Assembly (NCBI GenBank): GCA_002269645.1
Contig: NIVC01002324.1
Location: 1-64,000 of the forward strand
Length of the DNA stretch: 64,000 bases
Origin: Macrostomum lignano
Taxonomy: Eukaryota
Direction: 5' to 3'
This document shows, one piece after another, positions 34,439 through 46,895 of this stretch. The translations under genes were made by a program, and so were the position numbers. The notes beneath the pieces were generated by a model, which saw only the letters and a program-made list of their open reading frames with translations, did not search any database and had not been told where the DNA came from. Each line of letters begins with the position of its first letter. Within the stretch, counting starts at the first letter, position 1.

Positions 34439-34849
34439 CCCTATACCCCAGCTTTGTAGCGGTTGCCCGCACAAATCTCTCTCTTACCTATCACAGCTCG
34501 CATTAGCCTATAACATTTGGCAGATCCATTTATCTCATTTTATACTGTTTTTTATTTGGCCTGCAGAGAAGTACTGCGCAATAATCTCCATGACCAGAGC
34601 CTGCGCTGCGGCCATAAATTGCGGCCCTGTGTTACCTGGCGGCCAGAGCTCTAAGTCGAGCTGGTCAACTCCAGCTAAAATGCTCTCTAGCCAATTTTAC
34701 CTTTGGCATAATGATATTCCAGTTGTACACTTTCTCTCTGTAGCTCCAGCTTCGATCATTCTTCTTCACTGTTGTCTCCCTCTACCCTCTTCTCTACCCT
34801 TTCCTCCCATCTACTTCTCAATGTCTACCGGCACCCCTAGCTATCTTCC

Positions 34850-35150
34850 CATACATAGATACTTCCAATCTCTACCTCCCTACTCTCCCTATCTACTTCT
34901 CATCTCTACCTCATCTCTACTCTACCTTCCCTATCTACTTCTCATCTCTACCTCTTCTCTACTCTACCTTCCCTATCTACTTCTCATCTCTACCTCTTCT
35001 CTACTCTACCTTCCCTATCTACTTCTCATCTCTACCTCTTCTCTACTCTACCTTCCCTATCTACTTCTCATCTCTACCTCTTCTCTACTCTGCCTTCACT
35101 ATCTACTTCTCATCTCTACCTCTTCTCTACTCTACCTTCCCTATCTACTT
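34850..35150. repeat. 42-nt pyrimidine-rich minisatellite
   Basis: Period 42 (TCTACCTTCC at 34921, 34963, ...). Confidence 0.9.
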
Positions 35151-36359
35151 CTCATTATATCTAGCTCTACTTCTACTGTCTATTTCCCCATTTTGTCTCT
35201 TCCCTCCTGTCCCTCTCCGCCCCTGATTCCACTATTTCCGGGACCCTCTAATCCTTCTCTACCTCCCCCACTCTGTCCCCGACCGCAGCCTCCCCAATGT
35301 CTAGCAGCGGATAGCACTCAGCTCACACCTGGAACAGGCGTGTCAAATAGATTGTTGAACATTGGCAAACCGAATTCATTTGGGAAACAGTTGATGAAGG
35401 ATTTCGTTTTATTGACAGCATTTCATAGCAGAAATTTTATACCGATCCTGCATAGCAGCCCCGGAGCATGATAAGTTGTGAGCTAAATTTGGAGCAAGAA
35501 ATGCTAAAAGAAATTTGTCTTGCAGCAGCAGCAGCAGCTTTCTCTGCTCCCCAACCCCTCCTTCAAAATATATCCTTTCGCGCTGAGGGCGCCAGATCTC
35601 CTCGATTTTCCTGCGATCCCCAGGGCCGCTAGGGCCTCTCCGGCATGGAGGGAAGAGATGGAGTGGCGCGGGCCAAGTGCTCCAGGTAGGGCAGCGATGC
35701 CGCACTCACACACAAGACACGGAGCTGATGCACTCGCGGCCATCGCTGCTGCTCCCCGTCATCGGCAGGAGGCATTCATCATTGCAGCACAGATGGAATC
35801 GCCCCGGTAGGAAACAGAAAGAAAACAACTTCTTTTCGAGGATTTTCCGCAAGGGCAGATAAAACAAAAAATCAGTCGGATAAGAGAATAACAAAATTAA
35901 TTTTTTATTTTTGCTTGGCATCCCGAACGCTAACTGGACTCAATTCCTGCTATCTCTGACTTGAGCTGAGCTTTATATAGAGAAGTGAAAGTTTATTTTT
36001 AGCTGGAGAAGTGACTGATGGCTATCTCTGCGCTCTGCGCAAAACTTTTCAACTTTCTTGAGAAACTGATATTGGAATTGCGAGATTCGTGGGCCACAGG
36101 CACAGCCAACTTTTTGCTATAGACTCAACTTCATCACCGGGAACTGCATTTTGTGATATTTTTATAGCAATCCTGAAGTCGGTGCTCGTGGATTGCTAAT
36201 CTAGCCGATAACAGATAACTGCTAAAAACGTTTCCCCATTTGGATTGAAAAATCGCCAAATTCGAAACGGTAATTTAAGACAGAAAAAAAACTGCGAAGG
36301 GCTATCAGTGATAAACAAATGTGGGTAACAGAGAAGGGGTAAAATATTACGAGAACAAG

Positions 36360-36840
36360 GAGAGGGAGATAAGAGAGAGAGGGGTGATATAGAGAGAGAG
36401 GAGGAAGGAGGGAGGCAGAGTAGAGACAAGAGAGTAAGAGAAGAGAGAGTGAAAGAGTGAGAGAGGAGAAAGGGAGAGAGAGGAGAGAGGGAGAGAGAGA
36501 GGAGAGAGGAGAGAGAGAGAGGAGAAAGGAGAGAGGAGAGAGGCAGAGGGGAGAGGAGAGAGGGAGAGGAGAGAGAAGAGAGGCAGAGGGGAGAGGTGAG
36601 AGGGAGAGGAGAGAGGGAGAGAGAGAGGAGAGAGAAGAGAAGGAGAGAGAGAGGAGAGAGGGAGAGAGAGAAGAGAAGGAGAGAGAGAGGAGAGAGGGAG
36701 AGAGAGGAGAGAGGAGAGAGGGAGAGAGAGAGGAGAAAGGAGAGAGGAGAGAGGAAAGAGGAGAGAGGGAGAGAGAGGAGAGAGCAGAGAGGGAGAGAGA
36801 GAGGAGAGAGGCAGAGGGGAGAGGAGAGAGGGAGAAAGAG
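36360..36840. repeat. GA-rich low-complexity tract
   Basis: Direct inspection. Confidence 0.9.
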
Positions 36841-37249
36841 ATTAGCAGTGCCATTGTGGGAGATTTGCAAGCTAGCTCAGCCGCATTGACATCACTAATA
36901 TCAACAATGTACCGAAGAATAATATCAAGAAACCGGGACAAAGAAGAGAGCCTGTATGTCCGTTGGTGAAATTTTCCTGAACAAAAGAGAAATTCAAAGC
37001 ATTCAAAGCAAGCAAAACTCTGGCCTCTCTAAAATGGCGGCTGAGCGAGTGGCCACAGGCTCACCCAGTAGGAGTCTCGAACGTCCGCGGGCTGGGCGCT
37101 GATGCAGATTGACAGCAGGCTGGCCAGAAGGCACAGCGAGACAGCAGCTGCCTCCAGTCTCATGGCTGCCGAGCTTGTGGTTGATTCGAGTTTGACTTCG
37201 AGTGACCTGCGCGAATTCCGGTTGGCAATGTCGCATTGTAGGAATTGAG

Positions 37250-37990
37250 AGTGACTGCTTTAGAGTGACTGATTGAGAGTGACTGATTGAGAGTGACTGA
37301 TTGAGAGTGACTGATTGAGAGTGACTGATTGAGAGTAACTGATTGAGAGTGACTGATTGAGAGTGACTGATTGAGAGTGACTGATTGAGAGTGACTGATT
37401 GAGAGTGACTGATTGAGAGTGACTGATTGAGAGTGACTGATTGAGAGTAACTGATTGAGAGTGACTGATTGAGAGTGACTGATTGAGAGTGACTGATTGA
37501 GAGTGACTGATTGAGAGTGACTGATTGAGAGTGACTGATTGAGAGTGACTGATTGAGAGTGACTGATTGAGAGTGACTGATTGAGAGTGACTGATTGAGA
37601 GTGACTGATTGAGAGTGACTGATTGAGAGTGATTAATTGAGAGTGACTGATTGAGAGTGACTGATTGAGAGTGACTGATTGAGAGTGACTGGTTGAGAGT
37701 GACTGATTGAGAGTGACTGATTGAGAGTGACTGATTGAGAGTGACTGATTGAGAGTGACTGATTGAGAGTGACTGATTGAGAGTGACTGATTGAGAGTAA
37801 CTGATTGAGAGTGACTGATTGAGAGTGACTGATTGAGAGTGACTGATTGAGAGTGACTGATTGAGAGTGACTGGTTGAGAGTGACTGATTGAGAGTGACT
37901 GATTGAGAGTGACTGATTGAGAGTGACTGATTGAGAGTGACTGATTGAGAGTGACTGATTGAGAGTGACTGATTGAGAGTGACTGATTGA
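37250..37990. repeat. 14-nt minisatellite (GAGAGTGACTGATT)
   Basis: Direct inspection. Confidence 0.95.
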
Positions 37991-38398
37991 GCAGTCACTA
38001 ACAGTAACAAAATGAAATCCGTAGATCAATAGATAATTATTTATGGCTCAAAAGACGCGTAATTCCTAACGCAGTTAATAAATTTGGCTTCCTGTCATTT
38101 TCCGTATCTGCAAGCAGCGCACACAGACTGTATCGTCACTGCTTAGCACACCCACGCAAGACCATCTCCTGTTTCAGTTCTGCTTTGTTCACCGAGCGCG
38201 GCTTCCTTTTGGGAAGATCTTTCACTGCGGAAGGAGCCAAGCACACACACACACACACACATCTTCCAATGTCTGCGTTCCTAAGATCCCAGAGCACTCA
38301 TTAATCTCATGTGGCTCTCTGTCTCCTAAACTCCGTCAGTTAGTGCTAAATTCATTCAAAGTAGCAACCTCAGGGTGCCTCGCAGTTCATTATCTCAC

Positions 38399-39700
38399 AT
38401 AGTCGACCTCTAGTGCGCCCTCCTGATCGCCAACTCCTATTTTGGGAGAGCGAATGGGGGCTTGAGATTCTCGCGTACCGGATGGTTGCTATGGATATAG
38501 GGACAGGTGGCCCTGCCTGTTCTACCTCTGCCTGCGAATCGTTGTCTATCCCACCAAATCTCTCCCTCCTCTCTCCTTCTCCCTGTCTCCCTCCCTTCTC
38601 GACCTGCATTTCCTAATCTTCCATCTTTCAGTCATTTTCTCCCTCCTTACCCTCCCTCATCTCTCCTTCTCCTTACCCTCCCTCATCTCTCACCCTCGTT
38701 ACCCTCCCTCATCTCTCCTTCTCCTTACCCTCCCTCATCTCTCATTCTCCTTACCCTCCCTCATCTCTCATTCTCCTTACCCTCCCTCATCTCTCCTTCT
38801 CCTTACCCCACTCATCTCTCATTCTCCTTACCCTCCCTCATCTCTCCTTCTCCTTACCCTCCCTCATCTCTCATTCTCCTTACCCTCCCTCATCTCTCAT
38901 TCTCCTTACCCTCCCTCATCTCTCCTTCTCCTTACTCTTCCTCATCTCTCTTCCTTACCCTCCCTCATTTCTCACCCTCCTTACCCTCCCTCATCTCTCA
39001 TTCTCCTTACCCTCCCTCATCTCTCACCCTCGTTACCCTCCCTCATCTCTCATTCTCCTTACCCTCCCTCATCTCTCACCCTCGTTACCCTCCCTCATCT
39101 CTCATTCTCCTTACCCTCCCTCATCTCTCACCCTCGTTACCCTCCCTCATCTCTCTTTCTCCTTACCCTCCCTCATCTCTCTTCCTTACCCTCCCTCATT
39201 TCTCACCCTCCTTACCCTCCATAATTTCTCTGCTCCTTACTCTCCCTTATCTCTCACCCTTGTTCGTCCTCTTCTTCTCACTCCCTGCCCACCCAGCAGC
39301 GCACCTCACACAATCCTCATAAGGCGAGAAGCCAGCAATTCTCGTAACGCCACTCGAAAACTTCTCAAGCTCTTCCTCATCAGACCAGCATGCGAAATTC
39401 GAAACTAAGAATTTGCCCTAGAAACTTGACCCGCGATCATTTAAAGCTTGAAAAGATTTTTCCGTTCAAATCATAAATATTTAATGAGATTAAAAATGCC
39501 CCCAGGGAAATCCGTGGATCCACTGTCCAGCGGAGAGGCAATGCATCTAGGAGAAGACTGCATTCAACTCACCTGCACAGGCGGCAATTGTATCCCTAAG
39601 TTCGACCCCTTCTTTGGCGAGTACCGGAAGAGCGAAAAAAACTTGAAATTAATGAACGACTCGAATTTACCGCAGTCCTCGCGAAGACGTCTCAGGGCGC
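38399..39700 (-). CDS. Candidate exons of an unidentified minus-strand gene (about 39700-39573, 39417-39310, 38488-38399)
   Basis: Donors CAG|GTGAGT (39572), TGT|GTGAGG (39309) and TAT|GTGAGA (38398) and acceptors TTTCTAG and TCCATAG are all phase 0. Translation: ...GIQLPPVQ|GKFLVSNFACWSDEEELEKFSSGVTRIAGFSPYEDC|QPSGTRESQAPIRSPKIGVGDQEGALEVDY. No homolog recognised; start and stop not found. Confidence 0.35.
38630..39245. repeat. 26-nt CT-rich minisatellite (ACCCTCCCTCATCTCTCATTCTCCTT)
   Basis: Period 26 (38701, 38727, ...). Confidence 0.9.
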
Positions 39701-40259
39701 CTTTTTATTTGTGAGGGTTTGAGCAGAGCAGGATCCCGGCCAATGAGATTGCTCGGCCAGCTCATTGGCTCAGTGGCTCAGTGGCGTGCGGATTTTCAAT
39801 TAACTTCTACCCATCTCCCCATCCTTGCCTTTGTGTTGCGTCAAAAGTTGCGCGGCAATTTCATTTTGTCTTTTGTGAGGAAGGTTCAGTTGGCTTGAGG
39901 TGCTCAAAGAAGCAAAATATTATAGAGCCAGCAATGAGCAATCAGTTTCTGCGTCTGCGTGGGTCATGCGAAATTCGAGGCTTGAATGCGGAAAATCAAT
40001 TAAAACATTAACCATACTGTGCCTCTGCCTCTACACATTTGCTTTCGTTGATTTCATCAAGAAAGCCTATGATAGTTCAGTACTGGTTCGTCACGAAATT
40101 AGTCACAGTATTAACGCCGCCCACGAGTTCGCTTTGAGAAAGAAGCTCTGAGAATCCTGGTCACAGAGATGACGCTGATTTTTCAGGTCAGATAGGTACA
40201 ACTTTGTGAGTGTAAAAACAACGCTTACTGTGCCGATGCAGTGGTAATGGCTAAAGGCG

Positions 40260-40655
40260 ATGCGGAGTGAGGTGGGTGCTGCGGTGGGGGGTTAAAATGG
40301 ATACGGAGTGAGGTGGGTGCTGCGGTGGGGGGTTAAAATGGATACGGAGTGAGGTGGGTGCTGCGGTGGGGGGTTAGAATGGATACGGAGTGAGGTGGGT
40401 GCTGGGGTGGGGGGGGTTAAAATGGATACGGAGTGAGGTGGGTGCTGGGGTGGGGGGTTAAAATGGATACGGAGTGAGGTGGGTGCTGCGGTGGGGGTTA
40501 AAAGCGATGTGGAGTGAGGTGGGTGCTGCGGTGGGGGGGGGTTAAAAGGGATACGGGTGAGGTGGGTGCTGCGGTGGGGGGTTAAAAGCGATGTCGAGTG
40601 AGGTGGGTGCTGCGGTGGGGGATTAAAAGCGATGCGGAGTGAGGTGGGTGCTGCA
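40260..40655. repeat. About 41-nt G-rich minisatellite (GATACGGAGTGAGGTGGGTGCTGCGGTGGGGGGTTAAAATG)
   Basis: Period about 41 (40300, 40341, ...). Confidence 0.85.
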
Positions 40656-41334
40656 GTAAAGATTTAGAAGCCGTTCGATTCTGAGGCCCTCCAAAAATAG
40701 TGGAGCAACACAGGAAATTCTGTCGCATGAATTTAGGCAAAACGAGAAAATCTATAGTATTAGTGCCAAAGTACTTATTATGTTGTTTGCTCTTTGCAAG
40801 GCAATGTATTTTCTCAGCCAAAATAGACCGCAGATCAGCTTGTTCAGGAAAGTAAGCAATTAAATCCATAAGAAATGTCCAATACTGTCACTAAGTATAC
40901 TTATAACAGAGGCAAATTAACCAAATAAGTTCTATTGAGCACACAATTCTGAAATATTGTTTCTTGAAATGAACCGGGAGCCCCTGCTCGCACTGGAGCA
41001 GGCAGATAAGCTGGTACCCAGCAGCCTTGGCCCTAATCTAGCGGTGTTCTTCCCCTTCCCAACCTTTCGTGTGTCACTCAACGGGAGGCAAATTTTCTGA
41101 TAAAAACTGAGCGAGCAGGAGCTGAGTAATTGCATTGGGCTACTCCAGCAGCATCCGCATCGCCCCGCATCAAGTATTCAGCTCAAAATCTGCGAACAGA
41201 AAAACTTGCTTCTTTTTCCTGCAATTGCCAATTTATCAACGGCGCGATTAAACTATTCTACTTACAGTAGTAAGATGCAAATTTTAGTCAGCTGCCATGT
41301 TGAAAAGTGTAATTTAGGGTAAGAAATTCATCTA

Positions 41335-41692
<358 letters not shown>

Positions 41693-42429
41693 AAAGACTG
41701 ACACTAAAGGTTCCATCGCATAGAGTAATGTCCTTTGGCCTTTTTTTCGGACAAAAAATGGGAAAAACAAACGCAATGAAAAATATAAAAAGGTATTTTC
41801 TGTCAGCCAAACGCTGCAAAACAGTCTCAGCTCTCAGAGTTCGCTCACCAACCCCAAACTTGTCTCACGTTGTTTTGAGAAACTAAACTTGAAAACGTGC
41901 CTGTAGAGGAGCCACGAAGATGCCTGATGAATGCGTTGCAGGCAGACCCAGTAAATTGTGCTCAAGCAATAAAGTTTTTTCTATTCTTTCATTTCCAGTT
42001 AGAGATCACAAAGCATGCAAACAATTTGACAGCGAGGCCAGCAGACAGAAGCAATTAAAAATAAAACTGAGAATGAGGCGATGCAGCAGGCTTTTCTGCA
42101 CCGACTCTAACTTAGGGCCTTGAGAGTTCGCAACGAGTGGCGCCATTCGCGACCCACTCCAGCATCTGCATGGGGTGATGCTGCTCCTTCTCACTGCCAA
42201 GTGCGGCAGTCAAGACAGGGTGGCTCCATTATCCTTCTAATTCTGTCTGAGAGCAGATTTTTTGGATTGAAGGAGTCTGCCGAACTTGAACCTTTTGGTT
42301 CCTTTTGTTTCGTTTGATGAAGCTTCATTTCAATTAAGATTATTCCTACTAATCCTACTTGTTCCCTTATGAATCAGTTATAAATCCTCTTTCAATACGA
42401 GTTATTATCCCATCTCATTCCATTCCGAA

Positions 42430-43220
42430 ACTATCTCACCCCATTCCGAATCTATCTCGACCTCTGTGGGCATTTCTGTGGGCACCTCAACCTATTCGGA
42501 ATCTATCTCACCTCATCTTGAATCTACCTCACCTCATTCCGAATGTATCTCATCCCATTTCGAATCTATCTCATTCCGTTCCAGATCTATCTCACCCCAT
42601 TCCCAATCTATCTCACCCCATTCCCAATCTATCTCACCCCATTCCCAATCTATCTCACCCCATTCCGAATCTATCTCACCCCATTTCGAATCTATCTCGA
42701 CCCATTTCGAATCTATCTCACCCCATTCTGAATCTATCTCACCCCATTCCAAATCTACATGTATCTCACCTCATTTCGAATCTATCTCGACCCATTTCGA
42801 ATCTATCTCGACCCATTTCGAATCTATCTCACCCCATTCTGAATCTATCTCACCCCATTCCAAATCTACATGTATCTCACCTCATTTCGAATCTATCTCG
42901 ACCCATTTCGAATCTATCTCACCCCATTCCGAATCTATCTCACCCCATTTCGAATCTATCTCGACTTATTCCGAATCTACCTCGACTTATTTCGAATCTA
43001 TCTCACCCCATTCTGAATCTATCTCACCCTATATTCAGTCTAGCTCACCCCATTCCGAATCTATCTCACCTCAGTCCGAATCTATCTCACCCCATTCCGA
43101 ATCTATCTCACCCCATTCCGAATCTATCTCACCCCATTTCGAATCTATCTCGACTTATTTCAAATCTATCTCACTCCATTCTGAATCTATCTCACCCTAT
43201 TTCGAATCTATCTCACTCCT
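42430..43220. repeat. 21-nt minisatellite (CGAATCTATCTCACCCCATTT)
   Basis: Direct inspection. Confidence 0.9.
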
Positions 43221-43720
43221 TTCCTTGCTATCTCCTCTCATTCGTTTCTGTATCTTATCTTTATGAAATCCTTCCATACTTGTCAATATTTATTTACAGA
43301 AGTTTTGAAACATACCGTACCTTGCTTCCAGCAATATATTATTATTGTCTCCTGCTGTCATAAAATTTCATCATCACGCAAACACGTGAGGCCCTACCTG
43401 ACGCAAAGAACACTGTGCACCCCAGAATTAAATACTTTTGAGCCTCAATACTACAATAGAAAGGAAAAGAAACTGCTCAATTTGCATTAACTACGAGTAC
43501 TAGACCAAAGTACGCAGTGTTAATCGCACCCCCATACGTATTAATTGTATCGTTGTTTGTCAGTGCCCTTGGCACTTTCGTCTCGCTGAGTTTAACACTC
43601 ACTTGCCCAGCGAGGAATAAAAAACCGGTTCAATCCGCTTCTTAATCACACTCGGGGGCATTTCGCATGCAGGCGCCTCCCGTGTCGTAGGTCTGCTCAG
43701 AAAGCGTGCTCAGAACAGGC

Positions 43721-43727
43721 TATAAAT
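43721..43727 (+). promoter_or_regulatory. TATA box of cationic peptide gene A
   Basis: GGC-TATAAAT about 100 nt upstream of ATG 43822; spacing matches the paralogs. Confidence 0.7.
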
Positions 43728-43821
43728 GGGCCCCAGCTTCACTTCCATTATCAGCTGACTGGGAGGTCTGAATCGCCGCTGTTCTCGTTGAATTTCCGCA
43801 GCATCAGCAGCATCAATCAGC

Positions 43822-44067
43822 ATGAAGTGGCAGCTGGCCACTCTTCTGCTCGCCTGCGTCGCCGTGGCCGTCATGGCGTCGCCGTCGGCCGAGGCCGAGG
43901 ACTCGGACCTGGCCGAGCTCGCCCAGCTGCAGGAGGCCATGGAGAGCGATGAGGTCGAGCACCTGCAGGCTAAAGGCCGCTACAGGCGCTTCAAGCGCAA
44001 GCTGAAGCGCGCCTACAAGCGCTATCTGAAGAGGCACGGATACCGGAGGCGCGTGATTTATGGCTGA
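43822..44067 (+). CDS. Secreted cationic peptide precursor A (81 aa: 19-aa signal, 32-aa acidic pro-piece, 30-aa Lys/Arg-rich peptide ending in Gly), antimicrobial-peptide-like
   Basis: MKWQLATLLLACVAVAVMA|SPSAEAEDSDLAELAQLQEAMESDEVEHLQAK|GRYRRFKRKLKRAYKRYLKRHGYRRRVIYG. Intronless, strongly C/G-ending codons, TATA upstream, homologous to the ORFs at 46503-46802 and 57274-57591. Confidence 0.9.
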   Translation: MKWQLATLLLACVAVAVMASPSAEAEDSDLAELAQLQEAMESDEVEHLQAKGRYRRFKRKLKRAYKRYLKRHGYRRRVIYG

Positions 44068-44821
44068 TTGTGGCCGCCACTGGACTGTCCGCAACGGAAC
44101 TGATTGTACTGAGTAATACTATATGCTCTCCACAGTATGTAGTACTTTGTAGAATTATCGATACAAGTATTGCATTTGCAAAATTATCAATACCGAAAAG
44201 AGCATGTTTCACCATCGCATGAGCTTGTCGTGTCAATGCAGCTGATTTATACAAAAAGAATGGAAATACACGAGCGTACACTTACTTTGCTATTCCTACT
44301 CTTATTTTAAGTACAGGTAACTCGTACGGGCTACTCTCAGCAGTTCTTGTTTTTATTTATTGAATTTGAAGATGGCTTGCACACCGAGAAGGCGAATTCC
44401 GTGTCCTAGATTGGATGATCTGGCATGCTAAATCAGAGATTGTGCAAAGACTCGACTGTTCTCTTTGATCAAGAGTTCGAATTGATTTTTAGTATGTTTG
44501 TATTCAATCGTTCAGAGTCCCTCTGAAATATGATAAACACTTTTACTATAGCTTTTGCAGCCCATTAGGGCCTACGTGCAATAAATTTAATTTAATGTAC
44601 CAGTAAGACACGGTTGGTAAAGTAATGGAGCTTTTGTCTAAAGCTGTGCAATGTTGCTTGAATAAAATTAATATCGTAGGCGTAGGAACGTTTCAAATAG
44701 TGGGGGGCCAGGTTCAGTGGCGGATTTAGGGGGGGGGGAGGGCGCACGCCCCCCATCGAGTTGTATTTTTTTGGGAAATGCACATTATCATGTACAGATT
44801 CTTTTCAGAATCGGTGTTGTC

Positions 44822-45362
44822 AGCACTCATTTTAGCGCCGCAGGCACTCATTTTAGCGCCACAAGCATTCATTTTAGCGCCGCAGGCACTCATTTTAGCG
44901 CCGCATGCAGTCATTTTAGCGCCACAAGCACTCATTAGCGCCGCATGCAGTCATTTTAGCGCCGCTAGCGCTGCAGGCAGTCATTTTAGCGCCGCAGGCA
45001 CTCATTTTAGCGCCGCATGCAGTCATTTTAGCGCCTCAGGCACTCATTAGCGCCGCATGCAGTCATTTTAGCGCCGCAGGCAGTCATTTTAGCGCTGCAG
45101 GCAGTCATTTTAGCGCCGCAGGCACTCATTAGCGCCGCATGCAGTCATTTTAGCGCTGCAGGCAGTCATTTTAGCGCCGCAGGCACTCATTTTAGCGCCG
45201 CATGCAGTCATTTTAGCGCCTCAGGCACTCATTAGCGCCGCATGCAGTCATTTTAGCGCCGCAGGCAGTCATTTTAGCGCTGCAGGCAGTCATTTTAGCG
45301 CCGCAGGCACTCATTTTAGCGCCGCATGCAGTCATTTTAGCGCCTCAGGCACTCATTAGCGC
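44822..45362. repeat. 19-21-nt minisatellite (GCACTCATTTTAGCGCCGCAG)
   Basis: Direct inspection; follows a CAGTGGCGGATTTAG hAT-like terminus at about 44716. Confidence 0.9.
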
Positions 45363-46423
45363 TGCAGGCGATATGTGAAAGAATTCTGCAGTCTCTCAAG
45401 AATAACAGCTTTTCTGTTAGGTTCAAGAACTGTTTATTTGAGTCTGAACCCCCACCCCATTGTGAGCCTGGCACTGGAAGGACCGACTCTTCATTGCCGC
45501 TGTCTCAAGGCTAGGTCGCATTGAGCATGCAGACTACCTGAGGGGCTGAGTATTCTCTTAACCAGCTCACCCAAATTTGGCTTGAGTTCTTGGGGCTCTG
45601 TTTTGTAGGTAAGCGAAAGCTCCCAGATTTCGGATTTATAGATTCGACGAGGTGGAGCTAGTGGATTTTTGGCTTTCTCTTTAAATATCGAATTCTTCAA
45701 CGATCATGCATAACTTTTTTTGATGAAAAAATCGTATTATGACTAGTGGGGTCAAATATTCGAAAAAACATGTTTTTAACGCTTTCACGCTTAACGCTCC
45801 GTTTGAATTTAATTGTTCAGTTCAATCATTTAGGTCTCTCCTTGGCCAATGTACAGTGTATAAGAATGTACATTCACAATAGCTAAGGCGTTTTATGACT
45901 CGCAATTTGTGGGGTTGATTGAGTTTTATCGTTTACCAGTCTGATAGACGATCGATGAAATAGAGGGGGTTATAAAGCTGCTGGCCTGAAATGCGATGTG
46001 TTTGCGGACGAAACAAGCCTTTTTTCACAATCCCCATCTTGCTCTGCTCTGCCCATTTGCCACTGCTCTGATTTTGTTTGTGTTATTTTAGAACACAGAG
46101 GGTGGCGCAGTTGCAGATGGGGGCAGTTGCTAATGGGTTCAATTACTTCAGACTTACTTGGCAAATTTGGAAAATAGTGCGCTAGTCACAATATACTAAA
46201 TAGTTTCCTAAAAGTGGGAGAGATGCTGAAGTCTGTTACCCTGCTGCTAAATATTTATTTTAACTAAAAGTTGAAAAAGTTAAAAAAACAATGCTTAATA
46301 ATTACGAGCTAGCTTGCAAACTGCGAACGATGAAATTCCAAGTGTATTTTCTGCCTGGCAGATTCTCAAAGTTCACGATGTTCAACAATCACTTGAGCTG
46401 ATATTATATAGTAAATTTTTTTG

Positions 46424-46429
46424 TTTATT
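46424..46429 (-). promoter_or_regulatory. Polyadenylation signal AATAAA of peptide gene B
   Basis: TTTATT on the + strand, about 74 nt past the stop codon. Confidence 0.6.
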
Positions 46430-46502
46430 AAGTGTACATTATCAGTAAAGAAAGATTAGTTATATTGTCCAAGGCGATAATTCAGAAGACGGTCCGGTTC
46501 GT

Positions 46503-46802
46503 TTAGCCATAGATGTGGTAGTGCCCGCGGAAGAAGCGCCGCCTGCGGAAGAAGCGCCGCCTGCTGAAGTAGCGCCTGCGGAAGTAGCGCCTGCGGAAGT
46601 AGCGACGCCTGCCGAACCGAATCCTAAACTTCTCTTCCGGATCCGCGTCCTCGTCGGATTCGGCCAGATCGGGCTCGGCCATGTCGGCCAGGGCGGAGGC
46701 CACCTTTTCGAAGTCTTCGTCGTCTTCTTTGTGCTCAGCCGGGCTGGCGTAGACCGCCAGCGCCACGCACAGGAGGAGACCGAGGGCGAACTGCCACTTC
46801 AT
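46503..46802 (-). CDS. Secreted cationic peptide precursor B (99 aa: signal, 39-aa acidic pro-piece, 41-aa Arg/Phe/Tyr-rich peptide ending in Gly)
   Basis: True start is ATG 46802, not the GTG at 46904, which lies upstream of the TATA box. MKWQFALGLLLCVALAVYA|SPAEHKEDDEDFEKVASALADMAEPDLAESDEDADPEEK|FRIRFGRRRYFRRRYFRRRYFSRRRFFRRRRFFRGHYHIYG. TATA and AATAAA both present. Confidence 0.92.
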   Translation of the reverse strand: MKWQFALGLLLCVALAVYASPAEHKEDDEDFEKVASALADMAEPDLAESDEDADPEEKFRIRFGRRRYFRRRYFRRRYFSRRRFFRRRRFFRGHYHIYG

Positions 46803-46889
46803 GGCTGCTGCTGAATTCAGAGAGATTCGCTTTGCAAAGTTGATCCCGTCTTGGGTCTTGGGGGCCGTTGTGAGCTCGAGGTGGTCGAC

Positions 46890-46895
46890 TTTATA
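46890..46895 (-). promoter_or_regulatory. TATA box of peptide gene B
   Basis: GGGTC-TATAAA on the - strand, 88 nt upstream of the ATG; same context as gene E. Confidence 0.75.

Noticed and set aside
35500-35810. GC-rich patch with splice-like signals on both strands
   Set aside because: No consistent frame or recognisable peptide.
42359-43363. 334-aa and 266-aa repeat ORFs
   Set aside because: Translations of the 21-nt minisatellite.
44680-44765. Lone hAT-like left termini (AGGCGTAGGAAC, CAGTGGCGGATTTAG)
   Set aside because: No matching right terminus or TSD found.
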